A DNA stretch of 64,000 nucleotides from Hypanus sabinus. Taxonomy: Eukaryota. The notes under the pieces are model-generated. The model saw nothing but the letters and a program-made list of their open reading frames with translations. It was not told the origin of the DNA and did no database searches. A program made the translations under genes and the position numbers. Positions 46,739 through 60,400 of this stretch are shown one piece after another. Location of the stretch: NCBI RefSeq assembly GCF_030144855.1, contig NC_082714.1, positions 132,432,001 through 132,496,000 on the forward strand. Direction: 5' to 3'. Position 1 is the first letter of the stretch, and each line of letters begins with the position of its first letter.

Positions 46739-49175
46739 CATTTTATTTGACTATTAGCAGTATCTAAACATTTAAAAGTATTTTAAACATTTTAATACTT
46801 CAAATTATTAATCAATTGAAGATAATGAAAAGAAAAGATTATTTTAGATGAAGTAAGAAAAAAGCCTTTATCTTGACTTATCTTGTCTGATCTTTCCTAC
46901 CTTTTCCATTTTCCTTGCAGCTGAACCTCATCACTCGGAGCGTCATCTGGTAACATCTGTTATTACTTCTGCCCTCTGAGCATATAGAATCCTTGTCAGC
47001 AGATGGAAGTTATATCCATGGATACACAGCACAGTTCTGTCAATGAATAATTCCAAAATAAATATTTTCTTAATGTCTGCCTTCACTCTGCTTATGTGTC
47101 ATCAATTGTAAATGCACATGCAAGTAGGTGATAAAAGCTGCAGTTTAAAATCATTCTGTGAGTTTGTGAGTGTATTACTCTCTATATCTAGAATCAGGGC
47201 TATGATATTGATTTGCTGCCTAGAGTTGACTAACTTGTAATAAGGACATTCAGAATGGTCTATATTGGATAAATATAGTAAAAGTGGTTTAATCAGAATG
47301 AAAAAAAAATCACATTATTAGGCAATTTCCTCACTGACAAGGTCAAATCAAATGAACACCATTCTTAAAAATGAAATCATTGTCACAGCTGCCAAAAATG
47401 GACCGGCCTACTTGGGGCTAATTGTGCCACTTCCTCCAATATCTTCGTTCACTGCTCCATTTCTTACACTTTGAAATCTATAATTGCACCATAACCTCTA
47501 CACTACTTCAAGACTCACTTCAGAATTACTCACAGACAATGACCTTATCTTGCATGAACATTATGGATATTTATGTTGGCATATTGGCCTTGACAGATAG
47601 GGGTGATAATATATTTCTCATTAATGAAGCTTGAAGTCTACACTTCCCATCATTTATCATTCTCAGTCGTCACTTTCAGCTAGTGATGTGCTTCTTCAGT
47701 AAGTGATATCTGAGTCTTCCTTGGCAACTTCTGTGCTGAGCTGATCACCTTGTTCCAGCTCATAAACTTTCTACCCAATTTTCACCCCTGTTTGTCACCA
47801 CCACCTTCTCAAAAGTAATTCGGCAAGGTAATGCCTTGACCTTGCCAGAGTACAAAAAGAAAACTTGGCAAGGCAGGAAATTAATAAATGAAAATTTAAT
47901 TGGGGTTTTCTACATTGCAGCAGATCACATAAAATATACTGTAGTTATTTATGGCATATTGTAAGAAAAGTAGCTTTATGCCATGAGCATTTGTTATAAA
48001 TATTAAGCTAGATGCTGATAAGAAACAACATCATAATTTTCACACATTTCAGCTTTTTGAGATAGAAAAAATATCATACTTTTGTTCATTCATATATAAA
48101 TTAAAAATATTTTCCTTGCTAGTGTAATATTCATTCTAATTGAAAGCATGCAATATTAATCCTTGTGCCTTTAGAATTTCTTTTGGTACCATAAGCTGGC
48201 CAATTTCCTCTTATTGTGTGTGCATTTCACTTTGGTAACTTTATTTGACCAAAGTTTCTTCTTGGACATATACTGCATGTTAGATAAAGAACATTCTACT
48301 ATCTTGATAATGTTGGAAGAGTTAACTGATTCCAAAGTTTGCTGGGCCAAAGATTGACAATCACATCAATTAGCTCTATGGGACTTACAGTACACAAAGA
48401 AGAGAAATGAGCTTGATTTATTGTTTGTGAAAAATGAATAATTCCTTTATTATGTTACAAAGGCCTATGGCATCATTGAGTTGCATTTGGTGTGAAGTGG
48501 TGTACTTTGTATTTTAGGACATGAATAAATCATATTAGTCTTAGATTTACAGCTGTTAAATATTTTTGAAGAATTCTTACATACCACGCATTAAGAGATT
48601 ATTTAATTCCTTTTAAACAAAACTAGTAATATGCATCAGTTTAATGGCAGTAATGAATATGAAGGACAATTATTATTTCTTCATTGATATTTATGCAGGA
48701 TATCGACCCAAAATATCAATCAATCTTTACCTTCATGGATGCTGCTTGACTTGCTGAGTACTTCCCAAAGTTTATTTTCTGTTAAGTTAGTTTAAAAATT
48801 ACAGTTTCTTCATAAAATGTAATATGTAAAATGCTTTTAAGATGATTCAAGTGTTCATTTCAAATAACTCCTGAACTAGATCTGAAAATGCACTTTTCTC
48901 TGCTTGTGAGAACGTCTCCCATGATCATTAAACATAGAATGATACAGCACATGAACCAGCCGTTCAGACCATGATGTCTGTGGTGACTCTGATGTTAATA
49001 TAAACTACACATCTACCTGCAAACAGCCTATATCCCTCCATTCCAGCTTTGTTTGGAGAAGTGTCTGTCTACATATCTCTTAAATGTTGCTATTGTATCT
49101 GCTCTCATCACTTCTCTGGCAACGTGATTCAGACAATTACAACTCTGTAAAAAAAAACTTGCCTGGTAGATCTCC

Positions 49176-49375
49176 TGTACCATATAGCCTACATTATAAT
49201 AAGGGACTACTTTATGTTGCAGTTACACGTTGTTGAATGAGCTATTAGGCACATATTGATCTGTACATGTGTGTTCAGTGTTTGGTTTCTACCAGTAAAG
49301 AGCCATGAACCTTAGCTCCCATCTCCAGCATTTTTATTAATAGCATTGTTGTGTAGCCAGGCCACATACACAACA
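49176..49375 (+). repeat. 5' LTR
   Basis: TGTACCATATAGCC...CATACACAACA, a direct repeat of 54879-55094. Confidence 0.95.
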
Positions 49376-52300
49376 AATTGGTGACGAGGTTAATGAACCT
49401 ACGTTGTATCAGAACTTTGTGTTTTAATTGATAATGACACTTGGAAGAAGAGCACAAGAAACAAGCCAAGGAGCGGGAGAAGGAGGCAGAGTGAGGCCGC
49501 GAGTCTGAAAGGAAGCAGGAGCACAGCTGGGATTGGGAACGTCAGGAGACCAAGAGATACTGTCGGAGCCACAGCACGTCCAGGTGAGACCCCAGCCAGT
49601 GCTGACCCCCAGGGGCTGAGGGTCTGCCTGCCCCAGAAGGGAGATAAAAAGGAGCGATACACACATCTAGACAGCGTGTGCTCGTGGCACTAGCAAAAAG
49701 GTCACAAGTCAAAAAGAAAACAAGGGGAAAATGAGGCTAAATTAATATAACAAACATGGCGATGATTGGAACCATTACAGCATTTGATAGTGGCATTGAA
49801 GACTGGGCAACTTACATTGAAAGAGTGGAGTTATATTATGAGGCTAACCGTGTTAAGGATGGAAAGAAAGCCAGTGTCTTACTCAGAATTATAGGAGCAC
49901 AAACAAACGGCCTACTGCGGAGCTTGTTAACCCCTGCAAAGCCAGCTGACAAAACATTCAAGCAAATAGTAGACACTCTCCAACTCCAAGAGCACTTAAA
50001 CCCCAAACCACTCACTGGTCATTGCTGAAAGATTTAAATTTCACAACAGGAATCAAAGCAAAAATGAAAGCATTTCTGAATATTGTGTTGAACTGTGCAA
50101 ATTATCAGAACATTGTCAATTTGGAGCTGCACTATGGGACGCATTGAGGGACAGGTTAGTGTGTGGCATGTACTGTGAAACCACACAGAAGCTGCTTCTG
50201 TGTGAAAGAGACCTTACATTCGAGAAGGCGCTAAACATTGCAATATCAACGGAAACAGCTGCACGAGGTGCATCCAAGATACAACAAAAATCTCTGCAAT
50301 ATGTCACAAATAAAATATCACTGAACAGAAATGAAGGAAAGAAATGTTACCATTCTGGGAACAGGTCACATGACCTTGATGACTGTTGGTTTAAAGAAAA
50401 ACAATGTAGAAACTGTGGCAAACAGGGCCACATTGCAGAGTATGTAAAGCTAGTCAACAGCAGAAAAAGGGCAAAATACAGAAGCCCCAGAAGGGAAAAT
50501 ACAGCAAGGTACACAAAATGAAAGAAGGCGGTTCTGATGAAAATGACTCAGACGAAAGTGAATTGTCTTGTTGGCAGCTTCACAGCGTGAAAGAGACAGA
50601 TGATCGAAGAGTAATATGGATCACTCCACAAGTGGTGGGTGTGAGACTGAAAATGGAGTTGGACACAGGCTCAACTTTAACAGTGATCTCTGTACATGAC
50701 TACAAATGACTATTTTTGCACATACCTTTGAAATGAACAAAACTTTTACTAAAGACTTACACAGGACAGAAAGTGTGTCCAGAAGGCAAAATTAAAGCAA
50801 CAGTGACCTACGGAGATAAAACACAGCTACTGAACCTCTATGTACTGAAAAGTGGAGGACCACCATTGCTGGGATGTGAATGGCTCAGGAAAATCCAGTT
50901 GGATTGGCCCACCATCAAGGCACTAGTTGTGTCAGCAAAGGCAGGCAGCAAGGCTACAGCTGAGAGACTGTCACAAGTAATTGCTGACTCTGAGGAAGTG
51001 TTCATGAAAGGAACAGGAGCACTTCAGGGCATGAAGGCAAAGATTGAGATTGAGGAAAATGCATGTCCAAAATTTTACAAAGCCAGACCAATGCCATATG
51101 CAATCTGTCCTACAGTAGAGGCTGAGCTGAAAAGTCTGGAGCAGACTGGGGTCCTGTCAAAGGTGGATTAGAGTGAATGGCTATTGTTCCTGTGATGAAG
51201 AAAACCTCCAGCACAAAACCAGGAAAACCAAGCAAGGTGTGCATATATGGTGATTTTAAAGTGACTGTTAACCTGGTTCTCCGCACAGTACAGTATCCGT
51301 TCCCTTGTATTGAGGACATCTTTGCTTCTCTGTCAAGAGGAAAACATTTCCCAAAACTTGATTTGACCTAGGCTTATCTCCAAATGGAAATTGATGATGC
51401 ATCCAAGAAATACCTGACAATAAATACACACAAAGGACTTTACCAGTACAATAGTTTGGTGCTTGGGATAGCATCAGCTCCTGTAGTCTGGCAAAGGGCA
51501 AAGGACCAGGTCCTGCAGGGGATTCCAGGGACTCAGTGTTACCTGGATGACATCACTGTCACCGGCAAAGATGTCATCTTTCTAACCTTGAACAAGTGCA
51601 CACCAGGTTACGAGAATATGGGCTCAGAGCTAATCGACAGAAATGTGAGTTTTTCAAAAAGGAAATCTCATACTGTGGGCATGTGATCAACAAGGATGGC
51701 TTACACATGTCTCAAGACAAGATAGAAGTGGTGCTTAAGGCACCATCGCCTGAAAATGTGTCTCAGCTGAGAGCCTACCTTGGACTAGTGAACTACTACC
51801 ACAAGTTCTTGTCTAACCTAGCCACAGTCCTACACCCACTAAATGCATTATTACAGACAGGGGACAATGGAAATGGACTGAGAGCTGTGAGAAAGTATTT
51901 CAAGAAACTAAAAGACTCATAACTTCAGAATGGATACTCGTGCACTTTGACCCCTCCTTAGCAAGCCAACTAGCTTGTGATGCCTCAACCCATGGGATAG
52001 GAGCCGTGTTATTGCACCAGTTTCCAGATGGCTCAGAAAGACCAATAGCCTTTGCCTCAAGAACGCAAACTTTAGCTGAACGTAACAATGCACAGATTGA
52101 CAGAGAGGCCCTAAGCCTCATATGGGGAGTCAAAAAATTCTGTCACTACCTGTATGGCCACAAGTTTACCTTGTTGACTGATGAGCAACCTCTTATGTCA
52201 ATCTTCAATCCAAGAAAAGGCGTTCCAGTGATGACAACACAATGGCTGTAGCGATGGTCTCTGTTCTTAGGAAGTCACAGGTATGACATTGAACACAAGG

Positions 52301-53377
52301 GGACCAAGCAACATGGCAACGCAGATGAGTTGTCACGTTCGCCACTGCTGACTTCCGAGATAACAACACAAATGGATTCAGCAGAGGTCTTTCACACAGC
52401 AATAATTGAACGATTACCAGTAACAAACAGCCTCATTGAAAGGGAAACACGCAACGACCCTATGTTGTCATAGGATGTATGACATCACGGTAAAGGGATG
52501 GCCAGTGCGGGGTAACACACTGTCTCCAGCCTTCTCAGCGAGGAAGGAGCAGTTGTCAGTATGTCGGGGAACACTAATGTGTGTCTCACGAGTTGTGATT
52601 CCTCCCAAGCTACCACCAGAGTGCTGGAGGAACTGCACGAAGGGCACCTGGGCACCGTGAAGATGAAAGGTCTTGCCCATGCCTATGTGTGGTGGCCAGA
52701 AATCGATAAATAGATTGAGGACATGACCCAGAACTGCTCTGGATGTCAAGAGATCCAGAACATGCCACCTCAAGCCCCTCTCCATCTGTGGGAGTGGCCC
52801 TCATCACCATGACAATGAGTGCACATCGACTTTGCTGGACCATTCATGGACTTTATCTTTTTAATCGCAGTTGATGCACATTCTAAGTGGCCGGAGGTCA
52901 TCAAAATGAAGACAACCACATTGATAAGACCGTTACAGTTCTGAGGGCCATGTTTGCCAGGAATGGCGTACCAGAGTAAGTCTGCACAGACAATGGACGA
53001 CGATTTGTCTCTGAAGAATTCCAAAGTTTTGTGAAGAACAATGGAATTAAGCACTTTACATCGGCACCTTACCATCCATCCACAAATGGCTTGGCAGAAA
53101 AATCTGTACAGTCATTCAAGAAAGCCCTCAAGGCAAGGGACTGTGAAAATCGAGCACTACGACACAAGATAGACAACTTCCTCCTTGCCTATCATAATGC
53201 AGTACATGCAACCAATAATCAGACACCAGTGATGATGTTTCTAAACAGGAACCTGAGGTCCCGTATGGATCTTCTCAAACCAGATGTACGGTGTGATGTG
53301 GAGAACGGACAGTTCAAACACTTGAATGCTAAGTCAACACAGAGCTTCAATGTGGGACAGTCAGTTCTTGCACATGA

Positions 53378-54291
53378 AGATGGCGTGAAGATGGCCATTG
53401 AAGCAAGATGGCGGCGCGACGCAGCGCGCTGCGGCCACTAATAAATGAATATCTGTTACCTGTAAGTAGGGGCCGTGTACAATCCTGATTTGATGGAGAC
53501 GGTCGTGAGAAGCATGGAGGAAGATCTGGTGGAACATTTGAAATGCCTGTTTCGCTGCCACTGCTACTGTGTGATTGAAAAATCTCCGGGAGGAAGGCCC
53601 CGAATCCTCGGATTTGTCTGTCGCTTGGCGGCCGGTGCCAGGGTCGAAGCGCTCGGCAGAGATGGTCCTCGGTGCTCGGTGCTCGGTGTCAGAGGGCTGG
53701 TCGGAGGCTTGAAGTTTTCGGACTGACTCGGAGTTGGCTGTGGTCGGGGCTCCCAGGCTGCTGTATCGGCAAGCTGCAGCGCTGGAGGTTCATGGCAGGA
53801 AGAGTTTTTCTTCCTTCTACCGTCTGCGTGAGATGATGGGCTGTCGGGACTTTGCGACTATCTTTTAAAACCATGCCATGGACTGCTCTTAATCAGATTA
53901 TGATATTGCTTTGCACTGTTGAAACTATGTGTTATAATTATGTGGTCTTTGTCAGTTAGTCTTTTATCAATTATGTTATTGTCTGCACTGTTGAAACTAT
54001 ATGTTAAATATAACTATATGTAACTATGTGGTTTTGTGTAGGTCTTGAAGCTTTAGTTTTGTCTGATGGGTTTGTAGTTCCTTTCCGGGGAACGTGCTAA
54101 GACGGTAGCGCGATATCGATACACAGCAGCCTCTCCGGACTCTGGATTGGGGATTACCAAACGTTACATGGTTTTTCTTGTGTGGTCTGTTTTGTGCTTT
54201 TTTCGTGATATCATTCCGAAGAACGTTGTCTCATTTTTTAACTGCATTGTATTTGTAGTTATAAATGACAATAAACTGAATCTGAATCTGA
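53378..54291 (+). mobile_element. Non-coding, CpG-rich non-autonomous retroposon nested in the Gypsy integrase 3' region
   Basis: Splits the Gypsy VLAH|DY codons with an ATGA duplication (53374-53377 and 54292-54295). 5' end has AAGATGGC three times; 3' end has AATAAA plus (CTGAAT)n. Confidence 0.8.
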
Positions 54292-54878
54292 ATGATTACC
54301 AGACTGGCAGCCAGGTTTAATTTCCGCCAGGTGGGAGTACAGAGTACAGGTGGGAGAGAACGTATGGAGACGGCATGTGGATCAAACCCTGAATGCTCGA
54401 GTGAAAAACACAACAACTTGCCCGGACTCTCATGACATAGAGGCATGTCATATGGATCAAATACTGAATGCTCAGGTGAAAAACACAACAACTTGCCCGG
54501 ACTCCCCGGGTGTAGAAGCAAACACTCCTGCTGTGACCACATCAGTCTCCTCCACAGATGAGTTCGTCATCAGTGCTGAGGACCCACCTGAGGTACCTGT
54601 GGAGACTCATTCCCCAAAGCAAACGTTTCCAGTCAGACATTACCCGGAGAGGCAGAGGAGACATCCCTAGAGACTTGAGTTATAAATGGGTCTTAGACCA
54701 AAAGTAAAAAAAAAGCTTGTTATAATTTGACATTATTACATTACTTTGTTATAATTTGATATTATGTTACTCAGTAAACAAATGGTAGGCATTTGTATGT
54801 TAGGGGTAAACATATTTGTTTAGCATAGTGCCCCAGTTAAAAAAAAGTTGATACACTATTAAAATAAAAGGGGAGGAG

Positions 54879-55094
54879 TGTACTGTATAGCCTACATTAT
54901 AATAAGGGACTACTTTATGTTGTAGTAACACGTTGTTATTAGGCGCATATTGAGCATGTGCTATTAGGCGTGTTTTGATCTGTACGTGTGTGTTCAGAGT
55001 TTGGTTTCTGCCAGTAAAGAACTATGAAATTTAGCTCCTCTCTCCAGCGTTTTTACTAATAGCATTGTTGTGTAGCCAGGCCACATACAGAACA
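54879..55094 (+). repeat. 3' LTR
   Basis: TGTACTGTATAGCC...CATACAGAACA, 16 bp longer than the 5' LTR. Confidence 0.95.
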
Positions 55095-56094
55095 TCTCCT
55101 TTAAACTTTTCCCCTTTCCCTTAAATCTACGCTTTCCGGTATTTATGATATTCACCTTGGAAAAAGATTCTAAATGCCTATCCTATCCATTCTTCTTGTA
55201 ATTTGCTATACTTTTCTCAGCTTGCCCCTCAGCCTTTGATGCTCCAGAGAAAACAATCCATTTGTTTAACCTCTCCATATAGCTAGAGCTCTCTAATCCA
55301 GGTAACATACTGGTGAGCGTGTTCTGCAACCTCTCCAAAGCATCTGATGAAGACAAGCATGCTGTATGCCCTCTTCACCAGCCTGTCTATTTGTGTTGCC
55401 ATTTCAGGAAACTGTGGACTTGCACCTCAAGCACGTTTTGAACGTCAATGCTCCAAAGGTTCCTGTCATTTAATCTTTCCTCTTTCAGTGGACCTTGCAA
55501 AGCGCAACACATCACACTTGTCTCTTTAAACACCATTTGTCATTAAAAGTTAAGTTCTCAAGCAGTGCTCCTGGCAGTCCCAAGAAAGGAGCGTAAATTT
55601 TAACCTCATTCTGACATCATAAGAAGAAATTGATGTATTACCTTCAAAGGTGATGAATACTAGGTGAATTTATTTACTGGGGAATCATTTTGCTTAACAG
55701 ACTGCAGACAGTGGCTGTTTCACAGTCTTAAGAAACTCTTGAATACCCTTTAGATATTTCTCTCTTGTCCTATTATGGTTAATGCAACATCACAATGGAA
55801 TCTGCTTCCTGAGGGAACTCTGTCATAATACTAAAGTAAAATGTAAACAAAGTCAGATTAGAAATTTACAAATGACACTTATCATGGACTGGATGATGAA
55901 AACTGAAACTGCAGGATCAAGGTGGCCACTGTGTGATTTAACAAATCCTTTAAAAGGTGTGAATATCACCGGTAGGGTCAGTAATCATTAGGTATTCCTA
56001 AATGCCCTTGAGATGACAGTGGAGAACCATCTTTTGAACGACTGTATGCCTTTGTGGGAATGACCTCCTCCAAAGTTCTGGGATTTCCAGAATT

Positions 56095-56345
56095 TTAAGA
56101 CCATAAGGTTTTGGAGCAGAATTAGGCCATTTGGCTCAGTGAGTCTGCTCTGCCATTTCATCATGGCTGATCCAATTTTCCTCAACCCCAATCTCCTGCC
56201 TTCTCCCCATATTGTTCCATGCCCTGACCAATCAAGAATCTATCAAACTCTGCCATTAAATATACACAAATACTGCTGACTATGGCAAAGAATCCAATAT
56301 TTTCCCAACCACTAAGGTCAGACTAACTGGCTTGTAGTTTCTTTC
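56095..56345 (-). mobile_element. Internally deleted CR1 3' end
   Basis: CCATAAGGTTTTGGAGCAGAATTAGGCCAT tail, then a jump to YKPVSLT RT sequence at ~56300. Confidence 0.75.
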
Positions 56346-59300
56346 AGAAACATAGAAAACCTACAGCACAAAGCTGTGTCGAACACATCCCTACCTTAGA
56401 ACTATCTAGGCTTTACTCATAGCCCTCATTATATTTCCAAGTTTTATGTAGCCATCCAGGAGTATTTTAAAAGACCCTATCGTTTCCACCTCCAGCACCG
56501 CCGTTGGCAGCTCATTCCATGCACTCACCACTGTCTGGTTAAAAAACTTAACCCTGACATCTCCTCTGTACCTACTCCCCAGCACCTTAAAACTATGTCC
56601 TCTCATGCAAGCCATTTCAGCCCTGGGAAATGCCTCTGACTATCCACATGATCAATGACCCTCATTATCATGTACACCTCTATCGGGTCACCTCTCATTC
56701 TCCGTCGCTCCAAGAGAAAAGGCCGAGTTCACTCAAACTATTTTCATAAGGCATGCTCCCTAATTCAGGCAACATCCTTGTAAATCTCATCTGCACCCTT
56801 TCTATGGTTTCCACATCCTTCCTGTAGTGAGGTGACCAGAACTGAGCACCGTACTTCAAGTGGGGTCTGACCAGGGTCCTATATAGCTGCAACATTACCT
56901 CTTGTCTCTTAAACTCAATCCCATGATAGATGAAGGCCAATGCACTGTATGCCTTCTTAACCACAGAGTCAATCTGCATAGCAGCTTTGAGTGTCCTATG
57001 GACTTGGACCCCAAGATCCCTCTAATCCTCCATAGTGCCAAGAGTCTTTCCATTAATACTATATTCTGCCATCATATTTGACCTACCAAAATGAACAACC
57101 TCACATTTATTTGGGGTTGAACTCTATCTGCCACTTCTCAGCACAGCTTTTCATCCTATCAATGTCCCGTTGTAACCTCTGACAGCCCTCCACACTATCC
57201 ACAACACCCCCAACCTTTGTGTCATCAGCAAATTTACTAACCCATCCCTCCACTTCCTCATCCAGGTCATTTATAAAAATCACAAACAGTAGGGGTCCCA
57301 GAACAGATCCCTGAAGCACACCATTGGTCACCAGCCTCCATGCAGAATATAACCAGTCTACAACCACTCTTTGCCTTCTGAGCGGAAGCCAGTTCTGGAT
57401 CCAAAAAGCAAAGTCCCTTTGGATCCCATGCCTCCTCACTTTCTCAATAAGTCTTGCATGGGGTACCTTATCAAATGCCTTGCTAAAATCCATATACACT
57501 ACATCTATGACTCTACCTTCATCAATGTGTTTAGTCACATCCTCAAAAAACTCAATCATGCTCGTAAGGCACGACCTGTCTTTGACAAAGCCATGCTGAC
57601 TATTCCTAATCATATTATGCCTCTCCAAATGTTCATAAATCCTGCCTCTCAGGATCTTCTCCATCAACTTTCCAACCACTGAAATAAGACTCACTGGGCT
57701 ATCCCTACTCCCTTTCTTGAATAAGGGAACAACATCCGCAGCCCTCTAATCCTCTGGAACCTCTCTTGTCCTCATTGATGATACAAAGATCATTGCCAGA
57801 GGCTCAGCAATCTCCTCCCTTGCTTCCCACAGTAGCCTGGGATACATCCCGTACAGTCCTGGTGACTTACCCAACCTGATGCTTTCCTAAACTCCAGCAC
57901 ATCCTCTTTCTTACTATCTACATTCTCAAGCATTTCAGTCCACTGCAAATTATCCCTACAATCACCAAGATCATTTTCCGCAATGAATACTGAAGCAAAG
58001 TATTCATTCAGTACCTCTGCTATTTCCTCTGGTTCCATACACATTTTTCCACTGTCACACTTAATTGGTCCTATTCTCTCACATCTTATCCTCTTGCTCT
58101 TCACATACATGTAGAATACCTTGGGGTTTTCCTTTATCATGTTCACCAAGGCATTCTCATGGCCCCTTCTGGCTCTCCTAATTTCATTCTTAAGCTCCTT
58201 TCTGCTGCCTTATGACCTTCTATATTCCTATCATTACCTAGTTTTTTGAACCTTTCATAAGCTCTTCTTTTCTCCTTGACTAGATTTTCAACAGCCTTTG
58301 TACATCATGGTTCCTGTACCCTACCATCTTATCTCTGTCTCATTGGAATGTACCTATGTAGAACTCCACGCAAATAGCCCCTGAACATTAGCCACACTTC
58401 TTCTGTACATTTCCCTGAGAAAACCCGTTTCCAATTTAAGCTTCCAAGTTCCTGCCTGATAACCTCATAGTGCCCCTTACTCCAATTAAACGTTTCCCTA
58501 ACTTGTCTGTTCCTATCCCTCTCTAATGCTATGGTAAAGGAGATAGAATTGTGATCACTGTATTCAAAATGCTCTCCTACTAAGAGACCTGACACCTGAC
58601 CAGGTTCATTTCCCAATACCAGATCAAGTAGAGCCTCTCCTCTTGTAGGCTTATCTACATATTGTGTCAAGAAACCTTCCTGAACACACCTAATAAACTC
58701 TACTGCACCTAAATTCCTCACTCTAAGCAGATCTCAATCAATATTTGGGAAGTTAAAATCTCCCACCACAACAACCTTGTCATTATTACTCCTTTCCAGA
58801 ATCTGTCTCCCTCTCAGCTCCTCAATGTCCCTGTTACTATTGGGTGGTCCATAAAAATACACCCAGTAGAGTTATTGACCTCTTCCTATTCCTAACTTCC
58901 AACCACAGAGACTCTGTAGACAACCCTTCCATGACTTCCTCCTTTTCTGCAGCCATGACACTATCTCTGATCAACAGTGCCATGCCCCACCTCTTTTGCC
59001 TCCCTCCCTATCCTTTCTGAAACATCTAAAGCCTGGCACTTGAAGTAGCCATTCCTGCCCCTGTACCATTCAAGTCTCTGTAATGGCCACCATATTATAG
59101 CTCCAAGTGCTGATCCACACTATAAGATCATTAGCTTTATTCATGATACTCCTCGCATTAAAATAGACACATCTCAAACCACAGGTCTGAGCACGTCCTT
59201 TATCACTTGTCTTTCCTCCCTTTCGCACTGTCTCCAAACTTTCTCTATTTGTGAGCCAACCTCCCATTCCTCCAACACTTCAGTTTGGTTCCCATCCCCC

Positions 59301-60400
59301 TGCATTTCTAGTTTAAACTCTCCCCAATAACCTTAGCAAACCTTCCCGCCAGGATATTGGTCCTCGGGAATTCAAGTGCAACCCATCCTTTTTGTACAGG
59401 TCATGCATGGCCCTGAAGTGTTCACAATGATCCAGAAGCCTGAATCCTTGTCCCCTGCTCCCATCCTTCAGCCATGCATTTATCCTCCACCTCATTCTAT
59501 TCCTATACTCACTGTCACATGGCACACGTAGTAATCCTGAGATGACTACCTTTGAGGTCCTGCTTCTCAACTTCCTTCCTAACTCCCTGTAGTCTGTTTT
59601 CAGGACCTCCTCCCTTTTCCTACCTATGTCATTGGTACTAATATGTACCACGGCCTCTGGCTGTTCTTCCCACTTCAAGACATTATGGACGTGATCAGAA
59701 ACATCCCGGACCCTAGCACCTGGGAGGCAAACTACCATCCGTGTTTCTTTCCTGCATCCACAGAATTACCTATCTGATCCCCTAACTATAGAGTCCCCTA
59801 CTACTGCTGCCATCCTCTTCCTTTCCTTGCCCTTCTTAGCCACAGGGCCAGACTCTGTGCCAGAGGTGTGACTATCCCCAGGTAGACTATCCCCCCAAAA
59901 GTACTCAAACAGGAGTATTTATTGTTAAGGGGGACAGCCACTGGGGTGCTCTCTAGCACCTGCTTCTTGCCCTTCCCTCTCCTGACTGTTACCCACTTTT
60001 CTGTCTTGTGATCCTGGGGTGACTACATGCCTATAGCTTCTCTCTATCATCTCTACACTCTCCCTGACCAGACGAAGGACATCAAGCTGTAGCTCCAGTT
60101 CCCTAACACGGTCCCTAAGGAGCTGCAGGTCAACGCACCTGGTGCAGATATGGTCATCTGGGAGGATAGGAGTCTCCAGGACCTCCCACATCTGACACCG
60201 AGCACAGAAAACCGGCCTCACACACATACTTTCTGTCTTTATTTTAAACAGATGACCTACCTGGCCTCAACTCTTTATTGGAATGCCTCCCTACTCTGTC
60301 TCCCACTACGCTGTCGCCCACTCCTCTGATGCCTGCTCTGTAAATCTGTCCTCTTTTAAACTCTTCCCTCTGTTCTCACTGGTCTCCCTCTTGAAATTTA
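56346..60400 (-). mobile_element. Near full-length CR1 LINE (ORF1 zinc finger/leucine zipper plus SGNH esterase; ORF2 EN and RT), inactivated
   Basis: ORF1: CARCQMWE..CTRC..LQLL..RVRELE and CLPGARVRDV..VVHISTNDI..KDGLHLN. ORF2: CVYFNARSI..VAITET, LLDLVL, SDH, DFSKAFDKV, QGSVLGP, KFADDTK. Confidence 0.95.

Larger units (their letters stand above)
49176..55094 (+). mobile_element. Complete but inactivated Gypsy/Ty3 LTR retrotransposon (Mag lineage)
   Basis: TG..CA LTRs at 49176-49375 and 54879-55094; 5-bp TSD TCTCC; PBS TGGTGACGAGG at 49379; PPT AAAAGGGGAGGAG at 54866. Gag from 49756 with CCHC knuckles, PR (LDTGS), RT (YLDDI), RH (CDAS..GIGAVL), IN (HIDFAGP, PYHPSTNGLAE). Many stops and frameshifts. 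Confidence 0.95.
48930..55530 (-). mobile_element. CR1 3' end split by the Gypsy insertion (48930-49175 and 55095-55530)
   Basis: AAACTTGCC..AGATCTCC | TCTCCTTTAAACTTTTCCCCT is continuous CR1 3' sequence across the provirus. Confidence 0.75.

Noticed and set aside
59313-59738. SGNH esterase as a captured host gene
   Set aside because: An esterase domain is a normal part of CR1 ORF1.
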